From NCBI GenBank assembly GCA_026770705.1, contig JANJGN010000140.1, positions 372,001 through 436,000 on the forward strand: 64,000 nucleotides of DNA, written 5' to 3'. Source of the DNA: Isurus oxyrinchus (Eukaryota). Each line of letters begins with the position of its first letter. The first letter of the stretch is position 1. A program made the translations under genes and the position numbers. The notes under the pieces are model-generated. The model saw nothing but the letters and a program-made list of their open reading frames with translations. It was not told where the DNA came from and searched no databases. Shown piece by piece: positions 23,311-37,394 of the stretch.

Positions 23311-23530
23311 GCTGCTGGTGTTTCATTCCTGTTTTCTCCCCTTGATAATTTGGTGTTGAAAATTGGGTAGCACATTCACTTCCGCTCCGTCCAGAGACCG
23401 AGTTCCTCATTGCAAGTGTCCTTCCAATCTTCCTTCCCTGCAGCATCCACATAGCGGACAGTCTCGCTCCAGCAGAGAGAGATGTTCTCGATCATTCAGG
23501 GCTGCACTGGTGCTGCCTGTACTGAACTCT

Positions 23531-23722
23531 NNNNNNNNNNNNNNNNNNNNNNNNNNNNNNNNNNNNNNNNNNNNNNNNNNNNNNNNNNNNNNNNNNNNNN
23601 NNNNNNNNNNNNNNNNNNNNNNNNNNNNNNNNNNNNNNNNNNNNNNNNNNNNNNNNNNNNNNNNNNNNNNNNNNNNNNNNNNNNNNNNNNNNNNNNNNNN
23701 NNNNNNNNNNNNNNNNNNNNNN
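23531..23722. other. Assembly gap (192 N)
   Basis: Run of N. Confidence 0.99.
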
Positions 23723-24334
23723 AACATCATCCCTCTCCCTGTCAGTTTGATGTTCTCTCACAACAAGCCAGACACCCAATCGGATTACAACTCAACAGAC
23801 CAGAAATTAATTCCCCCCACTAACCATTGCAGTCCTGGGGAGGGGTTTAAGAGTTGCGGGATCCCGCCTGGGGGATCCATCACTCGCCTCTTAGCAGCAG
23901 GTAAGGGTTTAATGAGAAATCTAAGTCCAGCCAGAATTAAACATTTAACAAGGAGAGAGAATATTAAATTCACTAAGTGTCGGTCGACTACCACTGGGTC
24001 TCACCGTGTTTCACCTTACCATTTATCTGTTTAATCCATTGGTTTCCTGCAACGAAGGGATGCCACCAAAGTTATGAGATTTATAGCACAGGAGGAGGCC
24101 ATTCGGCCCATCGTGCCTGTGCAGTCTCTTTGAAAGATCTATCCAATTAATCCAACTGTCCCCCCTGCTCTTCCGCCCACAGCCCTGCCACTATTTACCC
24201 CTTCAAGCAGATGAAGTAATTAGTTACAGCTTAGCTAATCTTAGGCAGGTAATTAGCAAGGGGGACAACTTTTAGACACAGTGATCCCGGACGAGAGCAG
24301 AAATACCCAGCTCTCAGTCCTAGAGCCATAGAAG

Positions 24335-24900
24335 GTATTGCATTTCTCTAGCGCCTTTCACAGCTTAAGGATGTCCCAAAGAACATCACAGCCAATTATA
24401 TCACTTGTTGAAATGTTGTCCCTGTTGTAATGAGACGCCATTTTGTGCACAGCAAGCTCCCACAAAGAGCAACGTGATAATGACCCAGATCATTGGAAGA
24501 GGGATAAATATTGGCCCCAGGACACCGGGGAGAACTTTCTCCTCTTGGCTTCCAAATAGCGGCCATGGGATCTTTTATATCCACCAGAGAAAGCAAACGA
24601 AGTGGTGGTTTAACATCTCACCTGTCTTCAACAGTGCAGCACTCCCTCAGTGCTCACCCTCCGACAGTGCAGCACTCCCTTAGTACTGACACTCTGACAG
24701 TGCCGCACGCCCTCATTACTGACTCTCCAACAGTGCAGCTCCCCATTGGTACTGACCTTCCGACAGTGCAGCACTCTCTCATTACTGACTCTTCAAAAGT
24801 GCAGCTCTCCCTCACTTCTGCGTCTCTGATAGTGCAGTGCTCCCTCAGTGCTTACTCTCCAACAGTGCAGCGCTCCCTCAGTACAGACCCTCCCTCAGTT
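24335..24900 (-). mobile_element. Deu-domain-type SINE (SacSINE1/AmnSINE-like) with a ~33-bp tandem expansion
   Basis: ccccaggacaccggggagaac...gccatgggatcttttatatccac, then repeats of acagtgcagcactccctcagtactgaccctccg (24630-24900). Confidence 0.7.
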
Positions 24901-25019
24901 GGTAGAAATAGATTTTGATTCATGGGCCACTAGCACCAACAATGGGGAAAGAGGGAACCATAGCATTGGGGTGGCCTTCACTTGAACCACACTGGGATCA
25001 GTGCTCAGGTGAATCACAT

Positions 25020-26100
25020 AGATAGGGCTGTAGAGTGGGCTCTAAATTAAATAGTGGAGGAGGGGGCAGGTTTGGGATGAAGGGAAAGTTAGAAAGTTGA
25101 CGGGAAAGGACAAGGCAATAGTGCAGGCTAGCAATATGGGTAATGATAACCAGAGTGTGATAGGAAGGAACAGAATGTACAAATATAAGAGTGCAACAGC
25201 AAGCAGGGTCAGAGTAGGGAAAACTGACAGAAAGACAGATTTAAAAGCTCTTTATCTGAATGCTTCAGCATTTGTAACAAGATGTATGAATTGATGGAAC
25301 AATTAGAAATAAAGGTGTATGATATCACAGCCAATACAGGGATGTGTATGCAACGTTCTTAAGGAAGGGGGCTGAATATTCAGGAGTATTTGACATTTCT
25401 GAAGGATAGAACAAAATGAAAAAGTCACGGGTTAGGTATAGTAATAAAGGCTGAAATCAGCACAGTCATGAGAAATTATCTTGGCTCAGAAGATGAAGAT
25501 GTGGAATCAGCTTGTTTGGAGATAATACAAGTGAGACCAAGAAGCCACTGTTGGGAGTATTTTATATGTCATCGAACAGTAGTGATGTGGTAGGATTGAT
25601 AGTAACAGAAGAAAACATGGGGACTTGTGAGAAAAGTACTTCAATAATCATGAGTAAGTGTAAATTTGCTTATAAATTGGACAAAGCGAATTGGCGGAGG
25701 ATGAGTTCATTGAATATAATCAGGACAGTTTAATCCAAAAATATATTCTAGAACTAATGAGGAAACAGGCAAGTAAATGTGTAATGAGGCAGAATTAGGA
25801 ATGATTTCATACTAAAACATCATCTGGTCAAGAGTGATCATAACATGAAAGAACGTTACATTCAATTTGACGATGAGGAACCTCTAGGTCTGAAACTGGG
25901 TCTTAAAGATAAATAAAGGCAACGATAAAGGGATGAACTCAGAGGTTGGCTGCAGTGGACCGGAACAATATGTTGAAAGATAAGGCTGTAGATCGGGAGT
26001 GGCAGATATTTAATTCATAACTCTGAACAACAATGTATTCCATTGACAAAGAATGACTCTATGAGAAGGATGCACAATCCATAGTTAACTAAGAAACTTA
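25020..26100 (+). mobile_element. Old, degraded CR1 ORF2 endonuclease region
   Basis: LKALYLNA, LLGVFY and SDHN-like remnants. Confidence 0.6.
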
Positions 26101-26103
26101 AGT

Positions 26104-27575
26104 ATGGCCACGGGGGTGGTGCCAGAGGACTGGAGAACAGCTAATGTGGTTCTGCTATATAAGAAGGGTTGTAGAGATAAGCCAGGGAACTACAGGCTAG
26201 TGAATATCACGTCAGTGGTAGGGAAACTATTGGAGAAAGCTCTGGAGGAGAGTGCCTATCTCTACGTGGAGAAGCAAGGTTTGATCAGGGATAGTTAGCA
26301 TGGCTTTGTCAGAGGGACGTCATGTCAAACAAATTTGATTGAATTTTTTGAGGAGGTGTCCAGGTGTGTCAATGAGGGTAGTGTAGTTGATGCAGTTTAT
26401 ATGGATTTCAGCAACACCTTTGACAAGGTTCCACATGGGAGACTTATAAAGAAGGCAAATACACATAGGATACAGGGTAATTTGATAAGGTGGATTCAAA
26501 ATTGGCTTAGTTGTAGAAGACAAAGGGTGATGACAGAAGGATGCTTTAGTGACTGGAAGTCAAGGTCCAGTGGCGTACCACAGGGATCTGTGCTGGGTCC
26601 CCTATTATTCATGATTTATATAAATGACATAGATGACTATGTAGGGGGTAAGTTTAGTAAGTTTGTGGATGACACAAAGATTGGCTGGGTGGTTAAAAGT
26701 GAGGTTGAGTGTCTTGGACTACAGGAAGATATAGACGGGATGGTCAATTGGGCAGATAAGTGGCAGATGGAATTTAACCCTGAAAAGTGCGAGGTGATAC
26801 ACTTTGGAAGGAGTAATTTCACAAAGAAGTATTCAATGAACTGCGTTACACTAGGAAGTTCTGAGGAACAAAGGGACCTTGGCATGTGTGTCCATAGATC
26901 TTTGAAGGCACAGGGGCATGTTAGTGGGATGGTGAAAAAGGCATATGGGACGCTTGCCTTCATCAATCGAGGCATAGATTACAAAAGTAGGGAGGTCATG
27001 TTGGAGTTGTATAGAACCTTAGTGAGGCCACAGCTGTGTGCAGTTCTGGTTGCCACATTATAGGAAGGATCTGATCGCACTGGATGGGGTGCAGAAGAGA
27101 TTCACCAGGATGTTGCCTATGATGAAACATTTAAGTTATGAAGAGAGGTTGGATAGACTTGGGTTGTTTTCGTTGGAGCAGAGAAGACTGAGGGGCCACC
27201 TTATCGAGTGTACAAGATTATGAGGGGCACGGACAGGGTGGATAGGGAGCAGCTGTTCCCCTTAGTTCAAGGGTCAGTCACGAGGGGACATAAGTTCAAG
27301 GTGAGGGGCAGGAGGTCTAGGGGGAATGTAAAGAAAAACATTTTTACCCAGAGGGTGGTGACAGTCTGGAATGCGTTGCCTGGGAGGGTGGTGGAGGCAG
27401 GTTGCCTAACATCCTTTAAAAAGTACCCGGATGAGCACTTGGCACGTCATAACATTCAAAGCAATGGGCCAAGTGCTGATAAATGGGATTAGGTAGGTAG
27501 GTCAGGTGTTTCTCACGTGTCGGTGCAGACTTGATAGGCCAAAGGGCCTCTTCTGCACTGTATGATTCTGTGATG
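26104..27575 (+). mobile_element. CR1 LINE, 5'-truncated, RT domain and 3' UTR
   Basis: VPEDWRTANV, YMDFSNTFDKVPH, GVPQGSVLGPLLF, KFVDDTK; tail tgattctgtgat. Confidence 0.92.
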
Positions 27576-27745
27576 AATCACCAGGACATTCACACTACGT
27601 AAAGGCCATTTGTCTGTTCAATTATAAGATTGAATTCACTGATTCATCCAATCTCCAGCGGCACTTCACACTGGGCTGAGGCTGTTCACCTGCTCCATGT
27701 GTCGGAAAGGATTCACTCAGTCATTTAAACTTCCAACACATCAGT
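27575..27745 (+). pseudogene. C2H2 zinc-finger remnant
   Basis: cacactgggctgaggctgttcacctgctccatgtgtcggaaaggattcactcag (HTG.RLFTCSMCRKGFTQ). Confidence 0.6.
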
Positions 27746-27952
27746 GAAGTGTGTCTGAGTATGTGGGTGTGCATGTGTATGAGTTTGTGTGCCTATGTGT
27801 GCTGCTTCTCATTAGCTGTAACACAAACCATCCTCTCCAAGCAGATGATGTCCCATCGAGCGATTTGAATGGTACCATTCAGGGATTCCTCATACAGGGT
27901 GAAACCACAGGCTGACCACGTCCTGTGTAAAACCTGACATCTGCACAACCAG

Positions 27953-28177
27953 TAAAATAAAAGCAAAATACTCGGATGCTGAAAATCTGAAATAAAAACA
28001 GAAAATGCTGGAAAAAACTTAGCAGGGCTGGCAGAATCTGTGTAGAGAGAAACAAAGTAAACGTTTCGAGTCCATATGATGCTTTGAAGAAGTCATATGG
28101 ATTCAAAACGTTAACTCTGCCTCTCTCTCCACAGATGCTGCTAGACTTGCTGAGTTTTTCCAGCATTTTCTGTTTTT
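27953..28177. mobile_element. Penelope-derived inverted dimer of terminal repeats with 14-bp TSD
   Basis: Palindromic arms centred near 28080; atctgcacaaccag at 27939-27952 and 28178-28191; arms match 41640-41740. Confidence 0.75.
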
Positions 28178-28289
28178 ATCTGCACAACCAGACCTCACTC
28201 CTCCTGGAACAACATTAAGAGTCTGTTGTTTTCCAGATACCTTTCTTTCCCCTCACTATGACCCTCAGATTGTTCACAGCTTCATCCTC

Positions 28290-28920
28290 CAGAAACTGAA
28301 CGGGACTAGCCATATAAATACAGTGGTGACAAGAGCAGGTCAGAGGCTGGGAACTCTGTGCAGAATAGCCCACCTCCTGTCTCCCCAAAGCCTGTCCATA
28401 TTCTACAAGGCACAAGTCAGGAATGTAATGGAATACTCTCCACTTGCCTGGATGAGTGCAACTCCAAAAACATTCAAGATTTTCCACACCTTCCAGCCTG
28501 CTTGATTGATAGCCCACCCACCACCTTCAACATTCACTCCGTCCACCACCAATGCACAATGGCAGCAATGTGTACCATCTACAAGATGCACCACAGCAAC
28601 TCACGAAGGCTCCTTTGACAACACCTTCCAAGCCTGTGACTTCTACTACCTAGGACAAGGGCAGCAGATGCATGGATATACCACCACCTGGAAGTTCCCC
28701 TCCAAGCCATTCACCATCTTGATTTGGAAATATACCACCGTTCCCTCACTGTCATTTGGTCAAAACCCTGGAACTCCCTCCCTAACAGCACTGTGGGTGT
28801 ACCTACACCACATGGACTGCAACAGTTCAATATGTTGGCTCACCACCACTTCTTCAAGGGCAGTTAGGTATGGGCAATAAATACTTAATGCTAAAATCCC
28901 ATTAATGAATAAAAAAATGT
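28290..28920 (+). mobile_element. Family A LINE 3' fragment
   Basis: RAGQRLGTLCRIAHLLSPQSLSIFYKAQVRNVMEYSPLAWMSA. Confidence 0.82.
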
Positions 28921-29139
28921 CCAATGTCTCCACTTTGAACACTTTCATTGGTCTTACTAACAGATAGCAATGGGATTGCTGCTCTCACAGGATTCAGTTC
29001 TGAAAAACTGCCACTCTGACTTTAAGGCTTCCTGGAGTAAGATACTAATCCAGATCTTCCCACCGAAAACCAATCCACATCCCTATCCGAGTTCCAGATT
29101 TTAAATTGATTATTCAACATAGAAAACATATATAATTTA

Positions 29140-29282
29140 ATTCAGTTCTGAAGAAGGGTCATATTGGATTCAAAACATTAACTCTGTTTCTTTTTTCACA
29201 GATGCTGCCAGAACTGCTGAGTTTTTCCAGCACTTATATTTTTATTTCAGACTTCCAGCATCCTCAGTGATTTGCTTTTACA
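29140..29282 (+). mobile_element. Penelope terminal-repeat fragment
   Basis: ctgaagaagggtcatattggattcaaaacattaactctgtttc...cagatgctgccag. Confidence 0.65.
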
Positions 29283-29659
29283 TATCTTTTAACCCCTTAA
29301 GGTCTGATTGTTAATTTCTGTTAGCACTGCCAGAGATTGTCTTTGAGATCAGTTGTTTCTTTATAATCTGTGTTGTTTTGAAAGTCACCCTTATCCCTAA
29401 CCTGTCCTAACCTGTCTTGCCAGTTCATTTATTGAAACCAGGGACTCTCCTTGGTCTGAAGGTGACATTCCCTCTCTGCCCAGTTATTGCTTTAAGTCAG
29501 CCCTTGAATTGATTGTGCTTTTATCCTCATGTTACCGCAGTTCACTAAAAAATGTTGAAATGTTCTTCACACCCACAGGGTTTCATCTGTTTAAAGCCAC
29601 AAACGGAAAGGTGCAGTTTTCTCCTGGAGTTTGAGACAAATCAGCTTCCAAAATGATGC

Positions 29660-30110
29660 AGTTTCAGCCAATGAGGGAGATCTGGGCCTAGCCCCGCCCC
29701 TCTTTCACTCCGATTGGTTAGTCTCCGACACAGTCCCGCCCCCTCTTCCTATTGGTCCGCAGCTGCCGTCAACCAGACGGGCAGTGATTTGGAGCATGCG
29801 CAGTGCGAGTGACGTCATTGGACGGACGCTTGTTTGTTGCATTTTCAGGCGGTGAGTTTTAGACCACACTGTGGCGGTATTAGGGGCCGTGGGTGGGCGG
29901 AAAGGTTTCATAAACACCCATTGTAGGCGAGAAATGCCAACCAAGAGGCTATCGGCCTGCGGCTACACCGAGCGGCATCTATGGGCCCTTCCCCGGTTTT
30001 GAAACCCGGGGTAACGGGTCCACCTTTATCGGGGGGGCGCAAAGAGCAGCAGGACGCATGCGCAGTCACCATCTTTCTAGGGGGCAACTTGTAGCAAGGC
30101 GCATGCGCTG
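29660..30110 (+). promoter_or_regulatory. CpG-rich housekeeping-type promoter and first exon, probably of the ZNF gene
   Basis: CCAAT/ATTGG boxes; GC boxes (ccccgcccc); NRF1-like gcatgcgca, perfect gcgcatgcgc at 30099-30108; CRE tgacgtca at 29810-29817; donor g|gtgagt at 29851/29852. Confidence 0.75.
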
Positions 30111-30129
30111 TCATCACCGTCTCTGGCTG

Positions 30130-30850
30130 TAGGAACATGTGAATGAGGAGCAGACCTTTCGTCCCCACCAGCGTGCTCCGCCATTCAATAAGATAATGGC
30201 TGAACTGATTGTAACCTAAACCCCACATTCCTGCCTCCCCCGATAACCTTCCACCCTCTTTGCTTGTTAGGAATCTATGTAGCTCTGCCTTAAAAGTAAA
30301 AGACTGCTTCCACCGCCTTTTGAGGAAGAGAGCTCCAAAGACTCTCAACCCTCTGAGTGAAAAAAACTCCTCATCAGTGACCCCTAATTCTAGATTCTCC
30401 CACAAGAGGAAACATCCTCTCCACATCCACCTTGTCAAGGTCCCTCAAGATCTTGAACAAAAATGAAAATACCTGGAAAAACTCAGCAGCTCTGACAGCA
30501 TCTGTAGAGGGGGATACAGTTGATGTTTCAAGTCCGTATGACCCTTCATCAGACCCTCCCCTCGGGATCTTAAAAGTTTCAATCAAGTCCCCTCTTACTC
30601 TCCTAAACTTCAGTGGACACAAGCCTCGCCTGTCCAACCTTTCCTCTTAAGGTAATCTGCCCATTCTTGATATTAATCTGGTAAACCTTCTCGGAACTAC
30701 TTCTAATGCATATATATCCTTCTTCAAATACTCTACACTACAAGATCTCTCATGGGTGTCCCGTACAACTGAAGCATAACCTCCCCAGTTTTGTATGCGA
30801 TTTCCCTCACAATAAACAATAACGTTCTTTAGCTTTCCTAACTACTTGCT
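30130..30850 (-). mobile_element. CR1 fragment with a nested Penelope terminal fragment (~30456-30553)
   Basis: RVRGDLIETFKIP...DVERMFPLVGESRIRGH; insert flanked by ccctc(aa/gg)gatctt direct repeats. Confidence 0.75.
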
Positions 30851-31341
30851 TACCTGAGAGAATGTGGTGAATTCCTATCCTGGACTGACAGGGATGGATT
30901 TTGCAAACTCCCTTTCCGGGGGTTAAATGGGAAAGATTTACACACAGCAAACTCAAATCGAGAGATATGTTTGTCAACTAGGTCTTTAAATTCTGATTGT
31001 GTTGGGCAGGTAGACGTGGACAGAATGTTTCCACTTGCAGGTCTAACCAATACTGGGGGTCATGAATACACAATAGACACAAATAAATCCAAGAAGAACA
31101 CAGGAGATATATGCTTCCTCAGACAGCTATGAAAATGTGGAACTCAGCACTACTGGATGTGGTCAAGAAAAATAACAGATATTTTTAGAAGGAAACTAAG
31201 TGAGAACATGGGAGAAAAGGGATTAGAAAGATGAGCTGAAAGCCTGAGATAGGGTTGGCAGAATGGGGGAGACTTGTGTGGACTAGAAACTCCAGTACAA
31301 ACTGGATAGACTGAATGGCCTGTTTGTAACTTACTTTACAG

Positions 31342-33053
31342 GATAATAGAGGAGGAGGATTTGCAGTCAGATAAAGCAAACCAAACCTCACGTCTGACAG
31401 GGTCAATCGGTTCATTGGAATCTGAAGATTCATACATCTGAAAGGATTTAATTGACTGCCTCAGCTGGAAACTGGTGAGAGGCTGCTTACCTGCTCCTCC
31501 TGTAGGAAGGGATTGATGGAGCTGGTAAACATGCTGACACGACAGCGAACTCACAATAGCGAGAGACCGTTCACCTGCTCAGTGTGTGGGAAGAAATTCA
31601 TGTGTTCATCCAACCGGCTGGCACACCAGCTTGATCACATTTATGAGGATCCTCTTCAATACTCTGACTCTGAGAAAAGCTTTGAAATCTCCAAGGAACT
31701 GGCCCAACACCAGCAAGTTCACACTGACGAGAGACCGTTCAGCTGCTCCCACTGTGGGAAGAGGTTCAGGCTGTCCTCCTGCCTCGTGGATCACCAGCTC
31801 CTTCACACACACGAGAGGCCGTTCAGCTGCTCCCAATGTGGGGAGTCATTCAGCAAGTCAGTGCATCTCACTGAGCACCAGCAAGTTCACACCAAGGACA
31901 GGCCATTCAGCTGCTCCCAGTGTGGGAAGAGATTCGCTCAGTCCTTCCACTACACTGAGCACCAATTGGTCCACTCAGAAAAGAGACCTTTTAAATGTAC
32001 TGAATGTGAGAAGACCTTCAAAAGAAGCATTAATTTGCTGAGACAACGGTGCATTCACACTGGGGAGAGGCCGTTCCCCTGCTCCGTGTGTGGGAAGACA
32101 TTCACTCATTCAATTCACCTTCTGACACACAAGCGTGTTCACACCAGGGAGAGGCCATTCCTCTGCTCTGTGTGTGGGAAGACATTCACTCGATTTTCAC
32201 ACCTTTTGACACACGAGAGTATTCACACTGGAGAGAGGCCGTTCACCTCCGCATGTAGGAAGGGATTCGTTCAGCCAGCTGACCTGCTGAAGCACCAGTG
32301 GGTGCACACTGGGGAGAAGCCATTCACTTGCTCGCTGTGTGGGAAGGGATTCACTCGATCCTGCTATCTGCTGAAGCACCAGCGAGTTCACACCGGGGAG
32401 AGGCCGTTCCTCTGTTCCATGTGTGGGAAGAGTTTCCCTCGTTTGTCCCACCTTGTGATACACGAGCATGTTCACACTGGGGAGAGGCCGTACCTTTGCC
32501 CCGTGTGCAAGAAGAGATTTACTTGTTTACAACACCTGCTGAGACACTGGACTATTCACACTGGGGAGAGGTGGTTCACATGCCCTGTGTGTGGGAAGGG
32601 TTTCACTGAGTCATCCAGCCTCCAGAGACACTGACGCACTCACACTGAGGACAGGCTGTTCACCTGCTCTGTGTGTAGCAAGAGATTTGCTCAGTTGTCC
32701 TACTACACTGAACACCAACGCGTTCACACTGATAAGAGACCTTTTCAATGTTCTGAATGCAGAAAGAGCTTTAAAAGAAGCAATGACCTGCTGAAACACC
32801 AACGCACTCTCACCAGGGAGAGCCGTTCCTCTGTTCCGAGTGTGGGAAGGGATTCGCTCATTCGTTCGGCCTGCTGAGGCATCAATGTACTCACAGCGGG
32901 AAGAAGCTGTTCACCTGCTCTGAGTGTGGGAAAGGATTCATTGATTCATCCCGCCTGCTGAGACACCAGCGAGTTCACACTGGAGAAAAACCGTTCACCT
33001 GCTCTGTGTGTGAGAAGCGATTTACTCAGTCTTACAGCCTGCTGAAACATTAG
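31342..33053 (+). pseudogene. Tandem C2H2 zinc-finger gene, truncated or decaying (open frame 31516-32634)
   Basis: Acceptor tttacag at 31335-31341; HTGERPF linkers. TGA at 32632-32634 interrupts a finger; fingers continue in frame, frameshift ~32820, TAG 33051-33053; several Cys/His losses. Confidence 0.85.
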
Positions 33054-33330
33054 TGGCTTCACATGTTACTGACAAAGTTAGAATCGGTTGTTGCTGCTAA
33101 GAATCACGTCCAGCACTGAACCTTTTCTCCTTTCTAACTTTAGATTATTTCAGTTCTCAGACCTTCAGTTACTCTCATAGACAAGTCCCAGCTCCCCCTA
33201 CCTTCCCGAGTGTCTGTCTTAGCCTTGAGATCCAGGGAAGGTATCAGTAACATGCACTGGATCAGGAAACCCAAACTCAGTCTGTTAATTAGTTCAGCTA
33301 CTGGACTTAGTGTGTGTACGTAGCATCTCA

Positions 33331-33850
33331 AAGAACAAAGAAAAGTACAGTACAGGAACAGGCCCTTCGGCCCTCCAAGCCTGCGCCAATCACATTGCCT
33401 GTCAACTAAAACATTTTGCATTTCTGGTGTCCGTATCCCTCTATTACCATCCTATTCATATATTTGTCAAACTGCCTCTTAAACACCACTATCGTACCTG
33501 TTTCCACCACCTCCTCTGGCAGCGAATTCCAGACACTCACTACCCTCTGCGTTAAAAACTTGCCCCACACATCTCCTCTAAAGTTTACTCCTCTCACCTT
33601 AAATCTATGTCCCCTAGTAATTGACTCTTCCACCTGGGAAAAAGCTTCTGACTATCTACTGTGTCCATGCCACTCATAATTTTGTAAACTTCTATCAAGT
33701 CATCCCTCAATCTCCGTTGCTCTAGTGAAAACAATCCGAGTTTCTCCAACCCCTCCTCATAGCTAATAACATCCAGACCAGGCAGCATCCTGGTAAACGT
33801 CCTCTGCACCCTCTCCAACGCCTCCATATCCTTCTGGTAATGTGGCGACC
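33331..33850 (-). mobile_element. CR1 LINE 3' fragment
   Basis: WSPHYQKDMEALERVQRTFTRMLPGL...; aagaacaaagaa tail. Confidence 0.88.
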
Positions 33851-35408
33851 AATGTGTGACTAGAGCATCACATCTGAAAACCTGGTTTAAATTGAAATCC
33901 ACTCAGTAAATGTATTGGAGAGGAGCCTGCAGGCTGTTGAGCCTCTGTTAGACTGTCAATGTGCTCCTGTACTGCTTTGTATTTAACAGGAGCCTGCAGG
34001 CTGAGGAAAGTCTCTTAAACTTTCAGTGTGCTCATGTACTGCTCTGTATGTGCCTGTGATGGAAAATGACTGAACCTTTGTCCCAGTGGAACCTTTGCTG
34101 TTATGAAATATGGGTCTATATTAATGAGCCTCACATCCTTGCTCATGTCTCCTGCAATTGTGTAGAAAGGGGATATGCGTAAAGAGCTGGTCTTTGTATG
34201 GAGATGTGAACCAAGGAAACGGTATCTATGTGTGATAGTGACACAGCCTTGTGCTCACAATCAGAGTAATGCACAGATATCCTTGTGGTTATGGTTTGAG
34301 CAGGGCCAGATCACGGATGTAGTGAATTCCTTGTGATAAACAATTCCAGGAGTACTGCTGCTCCTGGAATGTAAAGATAAACTAATACAGTTGTTCTGGA
34401 TTAAGGGGAAATGATCAAAATCTGCTTGATGAGCCAATCGGGTCAAAGTAGAGAAGCTATTTCCTCTGGTGGGGGAATTGAGAACAAGGGGACAACATCA
34501 TCTTAAAAGGCAGGTCAATGGAGTTCAGATAGAAATCAACCCTGACCTAACTGGTGGAGCAGGTTTGAGGGGCTGAATGGCCTCCTCCTATATCTAATGG
34601 TGCCTATGACATACTCAGAAATGTCCCTGAGCAGTGAAGGCCCACGGGGCCCCAGCACATGCTCAGCAGAAAGCCAGGCCAAACACGAACCCAGCGTGTC
34701 CATTCTGAACCAGGTTTGCTGCTCCCTCTATGTCCAGCACTGTCTGCATCCCCTAACATGGAAATGGAATTTCAAAAGAAAGAAAGAATCTGTCAGTGTT
34801 TGAAAGACACTTACAAAGAGCTGAAGGGGTTTTCAGAGAGCCAAGATCGTTCCTTATTCTTGGGGAGTTGGACATCAGACTGTCACTTGACAATATAGAA
34901 CTGCATAAAGAGCCGGGTCATCTTTGAAAGAGCTGCCAATTAGTCCCACTCCCCTGCCCTTTCCCCAGAGCCCTGTAGCTAGAGATTCAATTCTCTTTTG
35001 AAAGCTCCTATAGAGTCTGCGTTCACCTTTCAGGCAGTGTGTTCCAAATCACAACTCGCTCAGTAAAACATCTTTTCTCATCTCCCCTCTGGCTTTTTGC
35101 CAATTATTTGATGTGATCGGTTTGCTCTTCACCTTTTGTTAAATTAATTTGCTGAGTGGATTCAGATTTAAATTTAAACCAGGTTTATAGGTGTGATGGT
35201 CTCTTCACACATCGAAGGTGGGAGACATGCTGTGGGACTAAGGTCACTGTTAGAGAAATCAAGGGCACAACACACTATTTGTTTGAAATAATGCAGATTT
35301 ATTTGGCACTTGTCACAACATTAAATTCACACCATTATATGGGATTATTAACACCAGCAGAAACAAAGCCCAAATATCAGGATGAACATGGTTCATTCCT
35401 GGATGTCA

Positions 35409-36543
<1,135 letters not shown>

Positions 36544-36869
36544 CTGGAAAAGGAGTTTACAAAGTCATTCCTGTCAGTCCAGGATAGAAATTCAGAGCAG
36601 ACAATTCTAGTTTCTATGGAATATTTTTTCCTCCCTAGTTCCCCCAAAGCTGTAAGTCCCCACCCCACACACTCTCCCTCCTCCCTGGGCTGAAATCCAA
36701 ACCCATGTCACCATCTCCAGCATTTCTTTCCTCCACTCCCAGTTTTCTCCCTCTCTCTCCTCTCGCTGGGTTCAGTTCTCCAGCTCCTGTCTGCAGAGTG
36801 AGAATAAAATAAATGAGTCAATTATTTTCTCTCCTGGTCACTGGGACTGTGACTCGCTTCAGCCCCACA

Positions 36870-37330
36870 AAGAGCACCATTTACAGCAGGGAGAAACCAG
36901 ATATGTGTTCTGTGCATAGTCAAGGCTTCACTGATCATCTCTTTTGTTAAAACACAAGTGCAATCACACTGGAGAGAAACTGTGTCCATGCAGGGATCTT
37001 GAAAGCAATTCAATTATCTGTCAGATCTGGAAACTCAATGCCACAGTCACACAGGGTAGAGGCTGTTCTCCTGCACTGAGTGTGGGAAAGGATTTATATC
37101 ACACTTTCAGTCACAGCAGGGAGTGCACACTTACAAGAGACTGTTTAAATGTTCTGACTGCAAGAAGAGATTCAAAAGCACAAGGGATCTGCTGAAACAC
37201 CAGCGAGTTCATACTGGGGAGGGTCTGTTCACCTGCTCCGTGTGTGAAAAGAGCTTCACTCATTAATCTAACCTGCAGGCCAACCAGGGAGTTGACAAGT
37301 GACAGCAGGGGTTGGATTCTGCTGTTATTG
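36870..37330 (+). pseudogene. Degenerate C2H2 zinc-finger remnant
   Basis: [51 protein letters not shown] with frameshifts. Confidence 0.75.
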
Positions 37331-37394
37331 CTGCTGTTAATCACATTGAGGACTGAACCATGTTGACTTTGACATTGGGGTTTATTTCTGCTGA

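Noticed and set aside
24278-24310. cacagtg plus a nonamer-like gcagaaata
   Set aside because: Wrong spacer, poor nonamer and no V/D/J sequence nearby.
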